Source: Octopus bimaculoides
Taxonomy: Eukaryota
Length of the DNA stretch: 64,000 bases
Assembly: GCF_001194135.2 (NCBI RefSeq)
Contig: NC_068985.1
Span: 31,907,883-31,971,882 of the forward strand
Direction: 5' to 3'
Shown: piece after piece, positions 51,129 through 63,360 of the stretch
Layout of the letters: each line of letters begins with the position of its first letter
Position numbering within the stretch: position 1 is the first letter of the stretch
The notes under the pieces: model-generated
What the model saw: only the letters and a program-made list of their open reading frames with translations
What the model was told of the DNA's origin: nothing
The model's database searches: none
Program-made: the position numbers and the translations under genes

Positions 51129-53899
51129 TATATGTAGGTGTGTGTGCCAGGAGAAAAGGTTGCAAGAGTACTCAACTGGTTTTTATTATAGCTGAGTAAA
51201 CTGGAACAATGTGAAAGGAGGTGCCTTACTCAAGAACACAACATGTCACCCTATCCAGGAATTGAACCTTAATGACGATCTTTTATCATTCACTTGTTTC
51301 AGCCAGTGATCTATGGCCATGCCTTGAAGGATTTAGTCAAACAAATCACTCCAGTATGTACTTTTAAAAATAAAAATCTGGTACTTATTCTATCTAGGAG
51401 CGTAAAAAAACAACAACAATAATTGTCTGTTAGTGGGGGGGGGACAAACACAAAGACATACATGATGGGCTTCTTTCAGTTTAAATTTACTAGATCCACT
51501 CGCAACATTTGGCTAGCCCAAGGCTATAGTAGAAGACATTTGCTCAAAGTATCATGCAGTGGGACTGAACCTGAAACCATGTGGTTTGGAAGCAAACTTC
51601 TTACCATGCAGCCAAGCCTGCAAAATAACAACAACAACAATTATGAATTAATTTATGAAAGTTTTTATATAAATGACATAAGACATGAGATATCTCAGTT
51701 TGAGATAGAAATGTGTAACAGACTCACGTATGTTATTCAAGCCACATTTCTATCATGACAACTGTGTTACTCTGTTTATTACAGTAACTCTGTTTATTAC
51801 TACTTCTCAAATTAGAGAAGATAAAAGAGATAAATATCAGGTAGAAGTCCTATCACCCAACGTATTTCTCTTTTCTATCACAAACTGACACTAATGATAT
51901 ATTACATCAACAACAACAATAACAATAATTTTAAATTTGATTTAGGCTCAAGGCCAGTAGTTTGAGAGGAGGGTATTAGTTGATGTCATTGACTCATGTG
52001 TCTGACTGGTACTTTATCTTATTGGTGACAACAACAACAACAATAATAATAGTCCTTTCTACTATAGGGAAATTTGGTGGGGAGGGGTTGATGCAATCAA
52101 CCGTAGGACTCAAATGTAAGGGAGAGATTCTTAGATAGAAAAGATTCCTATATGACTGCTTCATGTTACAGAAATTAATAGCATTCATGAATTGATCCAA
52201 ATCACAAGGGAAATGAATGAAAGGAGCAAGGATGCAGACACACACCAATAGTTATATTTTAGATCTTGCTATCTATAAATGTAAATACCAATAAATACAA
52301 AAAGAATAAATAAAGGCAATACATTTATACAGGTTAAGAAACTGCCACTTATGTGGAATCAGGGTACATTACCATTCTGACTATCTTCTACTTTGATCAC
52401 TTCCACAAACTGGGTTTTCTAAAGTTGACCCTGAGCATTTTTGGCTTTAGCAGAGTTGTAAAAATTCATACATCTTCTCAGGCATAATTCCTCAACAATT
52501 GATATACTGCTCATGCCATCTATACTAACATTCTTTTCTTATGAGGCTTCTGGTACTTGTGTCCCATCTCCTTCACTATCACTGTGTAATTCATATAATT
52601 GTTTAAGACCAAAATTAGGTCAAATGAGACCCTGTTTAGCTATTAAACACTACAAATTTCAAACATTTCATAGGGGTGAATGCCATTTTGTGAGGAACTT
52701 CCATTGTCTTATTTGCCTTATGTTTGGATTCATTCTTTTCTTTTTTCCTTTTTTTTTTTGGTGATGGGGTCTCACTTTTCTCCAATCTCTATCTTTCCTA
52801 ATGCTCCCTTTGCTTTTTGATGACAGAAGCCTCCTTGTTTTTTGAAACACAAAGATATGACACTCTCCTTTCCTTCTCCTACATAAAATCATTAGACAAG
52901 GAGCCACTGTCTTTTGTAACATACTTCATCTATTGCTTTTCTTTTCCTCTGAGCTGGTGCAACCAAGTCACCCCTACTTTTTCCACAAAGTTTGCTAAAA
53001 ATTATGGAATTTCACTCTTGTTTGTGATAGTGTTGTTACTGTGTTTTTGGCATATTTTGTCTTCAAATTTGAATTATTTTTCTTTCTAGTATTTCCTTTT
53101 TATGTTTTGCAAATGGAAATGTCTAAGTTTTTTGTATGTCTAATTAATAAGGTTAGGGTCATGCTTGTTTATGTTAATGCTACCAGCACTGTGACTGGTA
53201 CCTCTTACTGATATTTCTAAGGCTGTCATTTTATAATGTTTTTAACATCTGCATATTGCAAAACAGTTTTGACATTTATCTATTGAAAATGTCAAAAGTG
53301 TGTAACAGTTTAAAGAAAAAAATTTTAAACTGACCTTTCTTCTAGCCCAGTTAATGTGATGTAGTTGTCCAATTCTCTATATTCTCTTATAAATAAAAGA
53401 AGCAAAAACAATCTTGGTTTGTTTATGTAAATCACAGAAGAAAATATACAGTGCTCGCTGAAATATATCAATTCACACTAATAAAACAACAATAGTAATG
53501 ATGATGATAATGAGCATAATGACCAGTACCAACACCAGCACCAGCACCAGCATTAGTGCCAGCACTAAAATCAGCAACAACACCAGCACTTGCACCATCA
53601 TTACTTCATCATTATCGTTTACTTCCATGTATTTGATTGATTTGAGGCTTTCATTACGAGTCATGCTTCTGTACACTACCTAATCCAAAATGTATGTAAA
53701 ACTCCTGGTATAATAAACAACCTTTATTAAATCAACATTAAAGCTTCTCAATTTATCTCTTGTAGAAATCCAAACAAGAAACATGACCTTGTACCATGCT
53801 AGGATTAATTATAGCAGCAATATTTCTACTCATGGCATCAGCACTTGGTGGTATAGATATATGAAATTTGTGGTGGCTTAAATAAATATTGTATTTATA

Positions 53900-54130
53900 A
53901 AAAAAAACAAATACTTGTAAGTCTCCTATATCAGTTTACCAGATGACAGCAGTACACGGCTGGTGTGGGTTACTTAGGTTTCATGTGGAGGATGTCTACT
54001 GGCAGACATTTTCTGGGTGGTATTATCAGCATATGAGCATGAATTATTAGAAGTGACAGCAAGTAGGTCATTAATATACAGAAAGATTTTGTAGAAAATA
54101 TAACCAAATTTTGTGCTTTATAAGAATTAG
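53900..54130 (-). mobile_element. L2/CR1-group LINE RT fragment
   Basis: LYINDLLAVTSNNSCSYADNTT. Confidence 0.55.
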
Positions 54131-55356
54131 TAAAATGTGGGTTAGAGTGTATCCATCAGTACATACTACAATCTGTTAGGAATCTTCTGATCTAAAACTG
54201 AAATCCACATGGCATGCATAAGTTAGTAATTGTTGATACATTGTAGTCACTGGACTTCTGAAGATGCAAGACCACTAGTGAGTGACAAAGGATAACAAGT
54301 CTCCTATAGACTTGACTCTAAGGAAGTCATATTGGTAGTTACTGAGAAAAAAAAAAAAAGAAAGACTCAAGATCATAAAGGGTTGATTGTTTATGACTGT
54401 CTTAAAGACTTTTGAAGTGTTAGAAATGAGAACTAAATTAAATGTTAGTAAGGAGAAAGGAAATGCTTTATATTTGGAAATGACACAATGTAGCATGTTT
54501 TAAAAAGATGAAGACAGACTCATGTAAAGGAAATTGATGATTTTATTGAGAATAGAAGATGGCACTGGGGAACACTTTGAGGGTGATGTAAGAAACACTG
54601 TTGGGACTGGTTGTTTTCTTAGTTCAGAGCACTCAGAGCATAGTGACTGTATGTATGGGGCAGAGATGAGAAAAGTATGATAGGAGTTTTATTGACTATA
54701 TGCAACTAGAATACCGGCTAAAAAAATTAGAAGGCTTTTTCAATGGAACTGATGCTAACAAAGTCATCTTAGCTGAGGAGATGTGGGAACGAGAATTCCA
54801 CAAAGGTTTTCAAGATGGTGGATTAAAAAAATAACTTCATTGGTCATATAAAAATCCAGAATGCTCCCAAATGTTTGAAAATTGAAGAAAATTTATCAAA
54901 CATTTAATAATTTCTGTCAAAGACATAAAACTTTGAAATTTTGGGAAAGTGACCAATTCTAACCAACAATGAAAATGCTGAAAAAGAAAATAAGTAAATT
55001 TCAAAAATGACTTACTGACACAATCCAGATAAACATGTCTCCCTTTGATTAAACCGTATTGTTTACATATCACTGATCAACCATGAACATTTTTAGAGAG
55101 AATCTGTTGCAAAACATTCTGTCCTAATTTAGTGCATAACTGACATAAATACATTGATTAATCAATAGTCACACATTAACTTTAGAGCCCACTTTCATTT
55201 TCATATACACATTTTCCATAGATTGTTGTAAACTTTCATGAAAGTGCACACCAATATATAAATCATTAAGATGATCTAGATAGTTGGGAACTATTGCTCA
55301 TAACAAATAGGTAAATAAATAAATAAATAAATAAAATAAACATACAGTTTATCAAT

Positions 55357-55856
55357 ATATAAATATAAATTAAAAATGGAAACCAAAATAATAAATTGAA
55401 CAATTAAATAATTTAATCATGAAATGATAAATTCAATTTAATTTTATTGTTTTATACAAACAAATGACACATCTGGTAAATTACAGTTGTTTCTACACCA
55501 TTATTAAAAACACGTTTTTCAAGAATACTAAAATACCATTGTAAATATAATGAGGTTTCATCAGACAAACTTATCTTCTTAAATATCTTACCAAATATTT
55601 TTGGTAAGATTAGCATGGAAAGTGGACGTTAAACGAACGATATGTCTGTCTGATGAAACCTCATTATATTTAAAACGGTATTTTATTATTCTTGAAAAAC
55701 CTGTTTTTATTAATGATGTAGAAACAGCTGTAATTTACTAGATGTGTCATTTGTTTGTATAGAATAATAAAACTGAACTGAATTTATCATTTAATGATTA
55801 AGTTATTTAATTGTTCAGTTTATTATTTTGGTTTCCATTGCTAATTTATATATATA
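55357..55856. repeat. ~500-bp foldback: two ~210-bp inverted arms, each with a hammerhead-like core
   Basis: Arms 55357-55567 and 55647-55856; CTGATGA...GAAACAGCTGTA in right arm, mirrored in left arm. Confidence 0.8.
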
Positions 55857-56157
55857 AAAGAAACAAGCTTGGAAGGACTGGAAGAACGGTGGTAGCAGGG
55901 AATTGTACCAATGTGCCAGAAGGGAGGCTAGGCGACAGGTTTATTTAGCCAGAGGGGAAGCAGATAAGGAAAGATTTGCCAATGTTCTGCGCCGTGAGGA
56001 CCAAAGACTCGAGGTATTTCGGGTTGCAAGACAGTGTAGGAGAGAGAATAGTGATGTTGTAGGAGAGAAATGTGTTCGCATGGATGATGGTACGCTTGCA
56101 TTAAATGAGGATGCAAAGAAAGAGGTCTGGAGATGCCACTACGATAGATTGCTTAAT
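55857..56157 (+). mobile_element. RTE LINE inter-domain fragment ending at a gap
   Basis: [24 protein letters not shown]...DVVGEKCVRMDDG; same segment as 26450-26575. Confidence 0.8.
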
Positions 56158-56399
56158 NNNNNNNNNNNNNNNNNNNNNNNNNNNNNNNNNNNNNNNNNNN
56201 NNNNNNNNNNNNNNNNNNNNNNNNNNNNNNNNNNNNNNNNNNNNNNNNNNNNNNNNNNNNNNNNNNNNNNNNNNNNNNNNNNNNNNNNNNNNNNNNNNNN
56301 NNNNNNNNNNNNNNNNNNNNNNNNNNNNNNNNNNNNNNNNNNNNNNNNNNNNNNNNNNNNNNNNNNNATAGATATATACAATTAGATGAACTGAGGTAG

Positions 56400-57520
56400 G
56401 AATAAAAGCAATAAAAGTCATTATTGTGAATTGTTAAAAAGATTCAAAGGTATACTAGTTTCGTAAATTACTGTTCACTGGCTTTGAATGCGCACCAATT
56501 ACCGAACAGTGTCGGGTCTACTAGTCCCTGAGTAAAAAGATTATGTGTAAGGGAGGTAAGTAGTTCTGGATTTGGTGCAATTAGGGTAGATATAATTCTG
56601 TAATGTGAATGGTGTATGGGACGTATGGGGGTTAGTGGTATTAATTGAAAGGTTAGTAGTGTTCTGTATTATGTTATGTGGAAGATAGTTATTGATGAAA
56701 GTTGCCTCTTTATTCATTCTTTGCTGTACTGAGGTATTTTGTGAACATTGATAGAAGGGGAAAAATTAGGAAATTAAGATTAAGGTTCCTAGCACACCTT
56801 TCTATGTGTTCACTAACCTGTATCTGTCTGTATTGTCGGTGGCGGATTTGTTCTTTGTGGAGAGTGGTTCTTCGATGGAGTGATATTCCTGTTTGGCCAA
56901 TATACTGATTACTGCACCCTAAGCAGGTAATGGCATAAATTAGGTTTTCCAAGGCACAGGTGAAATTTGATTTAATCTTAAATATTTCACCTTGTTTAAA
57001 GTAGAACTCTGAACCCTCCAAAAAGTGGGCGCATGTGCCACAGTTAGGTCGACCACATTTTTTCACTTTTGGTTCCGTTGTTAATGGATATAGTCTTGCA
57101 CTGGTTAATATTTTTTTCAATGATTTTGGTTGCATTTTGCTTTTGATAATTTTGTGTGAGCCTAAAATTTTGTTCATTGTTTTATCTCCTGTGAGGATGG
57201 GTAGATTTTGGATGATAATGTTGAAGGCTTTGTTGTTTCTAGGATTATGTGTGGAGATGTATGGGAGTATTTTTAAGTCTGGTGTAGTATTTCGGTTGAC
57301 TTCCCTTAATGTTTGTATGTCTATTTCCTTTGCTTGTTTAATGCCATCATTTATTAATGATATTGGGTAATGTCTTTTGATTAGTATTGATCTGAGTTCA
57401 AGGAGTCTTCGTTCACGAGTATAGGTGTCCGAAACTATGGTAGAGATTCTTTTCACTAGATTATAAGGTATATTAATTTTTATGTTTGGGGTGGCATGAG
57501 TTGAATAATAGGTATTGTTT
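56400..57520 (-). mobile_element. Penelope-like element 3' part (Neptune-like, CxxxxCxxC linker plus GIY-YIG)
   Basis: IPYNLVKRISTIVSD, KCGRPNCGTC, NLIYAITCLGCSNQYIGQTG. Confidence 0.85.
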
Positions 57521-57523
57521 TGA

Positions 57524-58030
57524 ATCTCTATATATAAAACAGATGTCTGTGTGTGTGTATGGCTGTTATGCATTTCAACATTTTTCAACCATTTTTGCTC
57601 AAACTTGACACACTAATAGCTTATGCTCCAAGGGCGTTCATTACCTGCTTAATATTTTACAGACCTCCTGCGTGTAACCAAAAACTGCGAATAACTGTTC
57701 AGAAAACCAGTTTTTTGCCCATAACTTCTTGGTTTTTCAAGCGAACTCCTCCAAATCTGACACGAACATTACTCTTGACATAAGAATTGTTTTGCTTAAA
57801 AGTTTTGTGAAGACCAACCATGTTAATAGTGAAAGATCCCTAAATAACTGCATAAAAATCGGTTTTTTACTAATAACTTCCGCAGTTTCCAACTGATTTG
57901 CTCCACATTTGGCACAAACATCACTCATGCTTTAAGAATTGTTTTAAACCTATGTTTTTGTCAAGTCAATCTTTGTTGAATGGAAAAAAGTCTGCGAATA
58001 ACTGCATAAAATTCATTTTTTCCACAGCTC
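57524..58030 (+). mobile_element. Possible non-autonomous Helitron-like element
   Basis: Starts atctctatatataaaac followed by (GT)n; internal ataactgc..ttttt..ataactt subrepeats; inference from architecture only. Confidence 0.4.
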
Positions 58031-58200
58031 TAAATAGAAGTTGTTTCCTGTTTGCTTACAGTCTTTATTGCACCTGAACTTCTGCCACAAACAAAAACTA
58101 ACTTGCTAGTTAACCTGCCTTTGATGTTGCTGCACCTCTTATGTGTCCATAGCTTGCACCGGGTACATCTTATAGAGTTACTACCTACTCCTTTTTTACA
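58030..58200 (-). mobile_element. RTE LINE fragment encoding a PHD-like finger
   Basis: GRWPCSVCKKGVGSNSIRCTRCKLWTHKRCSNIKGRLTSKLVFVCGR. Confidence 0.75.
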
Positions 58201-59194
58201 TACTGAGCAGGGCCATCTACCTGAAGTGTGTGTATATGTGTGTCTGTGTTTGTCCTCCCAACATCGCTTGACAACCGATGGTGGTGTGTTTACATCTCCG
58301 TAACTTAGACGTTCGGCAAAAGAGACCGATAGAATGAGTACTAGGCTTACAAAGAATAAGTCCTGGGGTCGATTCACTTGACTAAAGGNNNNNNNNNNNN
58401 NNNNNNNNNNNNNNNNNNNNNNNNNNNNNNNNNNNNNNNNNNNNNNNNNNNNNNNNNNNNNNNNNNNNNNNNNNNNNNNNNNNNNNNNNNNNNNNNNNNN
58501 NNNNNNNNNNNNNNNNNNNNNNNNNNNNNNNNNNNNNNNNNNNNNNNNNNNNNNNNNNNNNNNNNNNNNNNNNNNNNNNNNNNNNNNNNNNNNNNNNNNN
58601 NNNNNNNNNNNNNNNNNNNNNNNNNNNNNNNNNNNNNNNNNNNNNNNNNNNNNNNNNNNNNNNNNNNNNNNNNNNNNNNNNNNNNNNNNNNNNNNNNNNN
58701 NNNNNNNNNNNNNNNNNNNNNNNNNNNNNNNNNNNNNNNNNNNNNNNNNNNNNNNNNNNNNNNNNNNNNNNNNNNNNNNNNNNNNNNNNNNNNNNNNNNN
58801 NNNNNNNNNNNNNNNNNNNNNNNNNNNNNNNNNNNNNNNNNNNNNNNNNNNNNNNNNNNNNNNNNNNNNNNNNNNNNNNNNNNNNNNNNNNNNNNNNNNN
58901 NNNNNNNNNNNNNNNNNNNNNNNNNNNNNNNNNNNNNNNCGCATGCGTGTCTTTCAATGTGTCTGTGTCTTTTGTAAGTGCATGTGTGTATGGGGAGTGT
59001 CTGTATCACCTATATACTTTGTTAATACGTGTTCATTTGTATTTGTTTTTATTTATTTATTTGTTCATGTGTGTGTGTGTGTGTTTTTTTTTTTGTGTTT
59101 AGTTAAATTTTGTTAACGTATGTAGTATTTAATTCCATTTGTTTATCTATGTATTGTATTATACTTTGTTCATATTATTATGAGGACATGCGTA

Positions 59195-60540
59195 AGCTTG
59201 CAAGAAACAAAACCAGTATGCTCCGATGGATGTGTAATGTCAGTGTACATACTTGACAGAGTGTAAGTCCCTTGAGAAGCATCAGTTGTGGTGTGCAAGA
59301 GAGACGATTGCGCTGGTATGGACATGTGGCAAGAATGGATGAGGATATTGGCACTCCGTCGCTTATGACGTCAAGGGTTCCAATTGATCCGATCAACGGA
59401 ACAGCCTGCTCGTGAAATTAACGNNNNNNNNNNNNNNNNNNNNNNNNNNNNNNNNNNNNNNNNNNNNNNNNNNNNNNNNNNNNNNNNNNNNNNNNNNNNN
59501 NNNNNNNNNNNNNNNNNCCCTTAATGTAGTTCTTGGGGATATTCAACATGACACAGTGAGAGAAAGTTGTGGTGAAACAGTACAGCAGGGTTCGCCACCA
59601 TCCCCTGCCGGAGCCTCGTGGAGCTTTAGGTGTTTTCGCTCAATAAACACTCACAACACCCGGTCCGGGAATCGAAACCGCGATCCTATGACCGCGAGTC
59701 CGCTGCCCTAACCACTGGGCCATTGTGCCTCCACAATGGATGAGAATAGTTGTGTGAAAAAGTGCCACACCCTAGCAGTTGAGGGAACCTGTGGAAGAGG
59801 TAGACCCAGGAAGACCTGGGATGAGGTGGTGAAGCACGACCTTCAAACTTTAGGCCTTACCGAGGCAATCACCAGTGACTGGGACCTTAGGAAATATGCA
59901 GTACGTGAGAAGACCCAGCAAGGCAAGTGAGAGCATAAACTGCGACCTCTGCCAGAAGTGTAGCCAGTTCACTTAATCGTATCTTTACTTCATTGGACAC
60001 TGAGAAAAAAACAAAAAACGCTGCTTGTGATGACCTGTTGGGGCAAGTGAAATCAAAATCGTAATTGAATCATACTCGTTGACTGGCACCTGCGCCAGTG
60101 GAGCACTAACAGCACTGTCTGAGCATGTTCATTGCCAGTGCAGCTGTCTGGCTTCCGTGCTAGTGGCCCGTAAATAGCACCATTTGAGCGTAATCATTAC
60201 CAATGTCACCTTCTAGCACTTGTGTTGGTGGCATGTTAGAAAATCGTTCGAGCGAGGTCATCGCCAGTGCCGCTGGACTGGCTCCCGTGCAGGTGGCACG
60301 TAAAAAAAACCATTTTGAGCGTGGCCGTTGCCAGTACCGTGTGACTGGCCCTCGTACTGGTGGCATGTAAAAACACCCACTACACTCTCAGAGTGGTTGG
60401 TGTTAGGAAGGGCATCCAGCTGTAGAAACTCTGCCAGATCAGATTGGGGTCTGGTGCAGCCTTCTGGCTTGCCAATTCTCAGTCAAATCGTCCAACCCAT
60501 GCTAGCATGGAAAGCAGACGTTAAACAATGATGATGATAT
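59195..60540 (+). mobile_element. RTE LINE 3' end (interrupted by SINE) with full 3' UTR and (ATG)n tail
   Basis: RRLRWYGHVARMDE | [32 protein letters not shown]. Confidence 0.85.
59348..59734 (-). mobile_element. tRNA-derived SINE inserted in an RTE LINE, 14-bp TSD
   Basis: Head GTGGAGGCACAATGGCCCAGTGGTTAGGGCAGCGG...GGTTTCGATTCC; flanks aatggatgaggata / aatggatgagaata. Confidence 0.8.
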
Positions 60541-60583
60541 GTATAAATATATATATGTGTGTGTGTGTGTGTATATATATATA

Positions 60584-61449
60584 CAGTATCTCATAGATGT
60601 ACACCCCTATAAAATTTCAGTTAAATTGTCATTACTCTGATAATATCGAAGGAAATGAAACAAAATTTATACTGAATAAAATATATTATACATGCAAACA
60701 TTATACAAATTTGGAACACAAAACAATAAACATTTTCAAAGATATGAACGAAATATTTATTTTCAAATGTTACAAAAATATGTACGCCCTACAGGAAATT
60801 TGCTATATTCAGTACTGTATTCATTTTTTACTAAATTCAGATATTGCTGATAATTCAAATTCTAATAAATTATTTCTCCTAGCATTTTTGCACTGGTCAT
60901 TTATATTGCATCTGCAGGAATTCTGATTTGTATACCATAGTGAAAATCTTCTTCATTGTGATTAAAATGGCACCAAAAGGAAAAGAATTGTCTGAAGATT
61001 TTAAGAAAATTATTTTTATTTTGCACAAGAATGGTTTAGGACACAAGTTAATTGGCAAATGAATTAGCGTAAACAGAGTTGCCAAAGTAATTAAGAAGTA
61101 CAAGACTATTGGATGGCTAAGCAATAAGCATCATCCAGGTAGTCCTATTTTAACTGCGCGTGATATTCGCCACATCCAACATTGCATGATGGACGACAGG
61201 TACCATACCATTTCATCATTGGCCCAAGAAGTGTCTTCTGTTAGTGGAAAGTGTGTATCCGCCCAAACAGTTCACCAAAGTTTGAACCAGTGTGGTCTTC
61301 ATAGACGCATTCCTTGTAGGAAGATTCTCCTCACTACCAGGTATAAATCAAGACGTCTTTCTTTTGCTGAAACCTATGTAAGGGGAAAGAGTTTGGGAAT
61401 AAAATTCTTCTTTCTGATGAGACTAAAATCAACTTGTTTGAACTCAGAA
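60584..61449 (+). mobile_element. Tc1-type transposon 5' half (transposase pseudogene from 60967)
   Basis: TA-cagtatctca..gtacacccc TIR-like end; MAPKGKELSEDFKKII, VSAQTV, SDETKINLF. Confidence 0.8.
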
Positions 61450-62393
61450 TGTAAAGCATTTCACCTGGCGTGCTAACAATTCTGTCAGCTCACCGCCTTT
61501 GTGTGTGTGTATTTATATAATATTGGCTGCATGGTAAAGATAGTCACAGGCATAGCTGTGTGGTGAGAAGTTTATTTCCCAACCACATGGATCCTGGATC
61601 AGTTCCACTGTGTAGCACCTTGGACAAGTGTCTTTTACTATAGTCCTGGGATGATCAAAGTCTTGTGATGACCAAAGTCTTGTGAATAGATTTCGATATA
61701 AAGATTGCCTTATATATATATATATCCTTTTCTACTCTAGTCACAAGGCCCAAAATTTTGGGGGAGGTGGGGGCAGTCGATTAGATCAACTCCAGTATGC
61801 AACTGGTACTTAATCTATTGACCCTGGAAGGATGAAAGGCAAAATCGACCTCGGCGGAATTTGAACTCAGAAATACTGCTAAGCATTTCACCCGGCATGC
61901 TAATGTTTCTGCCAGCTCACTGCCTTAATATATAGAAAACTGAATACTACATTATGAAGCTTGTGAGAACCTCTCATATGGGTGCATAAAAGCACATGTA
62001 TTTATATCATTGGCAGACAAGAATTGTCTACTACAGGCACCAGAACAGCCAGATCACGATTTCGACACACCCTGTTTCCCCAGTGGTGGATAGCTGGTAG
62101 CTACATACCTGCCAAACCTAACTGCCAACAATATGTAGAATTTTAGTGATTCGGGCATTGATCTCATAAATAGTCAACAGGCTAATTAAAAAAGTTAATA
62201 TAAGTGACAGAAGCAGTATTAATACTAACAGGCAATCTTTATATCCAACTTATTGATTTTGTAAGGATCTCTCATATGGATGTACATTGTATATAATATT
62301 TCAGCCTACTAGACAGCTCACCAAAATCTGAAACTTCAAAGTCACTGTCACACCTGTTCTTGAGACAGTTACATAAATAAATAAATAAATATA

Positions 62394-62607
62394 TGAGGGG
62401 TGCTGAAAAGTTCCTGGCTTTAAGGCTGTTGTGAGAGGCCTGGCTGGAGACCCATCCTTTTGAGTTCTTTCACAGGGCTTAGAAAAACTGAAGGACTGCA
62501 GCAATAAGTGTGTGAATCTTAGAGGGGAATATGTTGGATAAAATCATAATTAACTGATCCTCTTGTATATTCTTTTACCCAAAGCCAGGAACTTTTCAGC
62601 ACCTCTT
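62394..62607. mobile_element. Mariner-derived MITE
   Basis: TIR tgaggggtgctgaaaagttcctggcttt / aaagccaggaacttttcagcacc, TA flanks. Confidence 0.8.
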
Positions 62608-62989
62608 TATGTGTGTGTGTGTGTTTACTTTTTACCTTTTAGTTGATTCAGTCATTAGACTGTGGCATTGCTGGAGCACTGCCTTGTATATTCCCTATCA
62701 TATATTAATGCCAAAATTTCTGATATTACTAATTCAGTGTATTTTGGGAAGCCTAGGAACAAAAGGTTCTTTTGTACTATTTTTACAACCAAAATTTATG
62801 TCTTTTTTAAAGATAAACTTTCAATATCTGCCACTTGATATGTTACCCTCAAAGCAACACGTTTTAATCTTATCACTATATCATTTTTGTATTGGTATTG
62901 TTCATGAGCCATTGCTGTCAATGACCTTATCAGCAATTGTTGTTGCAATGAAGTCAAAATCTAGTTACATTTTGTAAACCCACGTTGCT

Positions 62990-63360
62990 CCACTCTCATT
63001 ATCATCATCATCATTGGTAGCAGCAGCAGCAACAGCACCAACTTTGATGCTGCTGCCACCACCACCTCCATTCATACTGAAACCACTACCATCACTGTTG
63101 CTCCCACCACTAGTGCCACCACAAACACAACCACCTCCGCCACTAAGAAGAACAACACCATCACCAACACCATCCTCCTCATCATCCTCATTTCTGCCAC
63201 TGCCTCCACCACCAACATCACTACCACTGCCACTGCTGCTGCCAATGCTGCTGCCAACACTGCTGTCACCACCACTGCCACCACCTCCACCACCAAAGAT
63301 ACCACCCTCACCATCACCAATACCATTATTGCTGTCACTGCTACCATCACTGCTTTTTAT
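62990..63360. repeat. Low-complexity (CAC/CAT/CTG) trinucleotide tract
   Basis: Degenerate trinucleotide drift producing Pro/Gly/Val-rich pseudo-ORFs. Confidence 0.8.

Noticed and set aside
55013-55125. Minus-strand segment with strong GTAAGT donor (ICKQYGLIKGRHVYLDCV)
   Set aside because: Stops in all frames from the better acceptor and no linkage to other exons; cannot be supported as coding.
56710-57588. 292-aa ORF treated as an intact protein with its own start
   Set aside because: The first ~23 residues derive from the adjacent (GT)n-containing element; the PLE is 5'-truncated and lacks RT.
58030-59009. Long ORFs containing X runs (also 17195-17923 in part, and 55903-56421)
   Set aside because: Open only because N gaps contain no stop codons.
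59700-59734. tRNA-like sequences with A and B boxes (also 10133, 33470, 61920)
   Set aside because: These are SINE heads continuing into repeat bodies; no complete cloverleaf.
61414-61430. CTGATGA motif resembling a hammerhead core
   Set aside because: It is the TCT GAT GAG (SDE) codons of the Tc1 catalytic motif; no GAAA or stem context.
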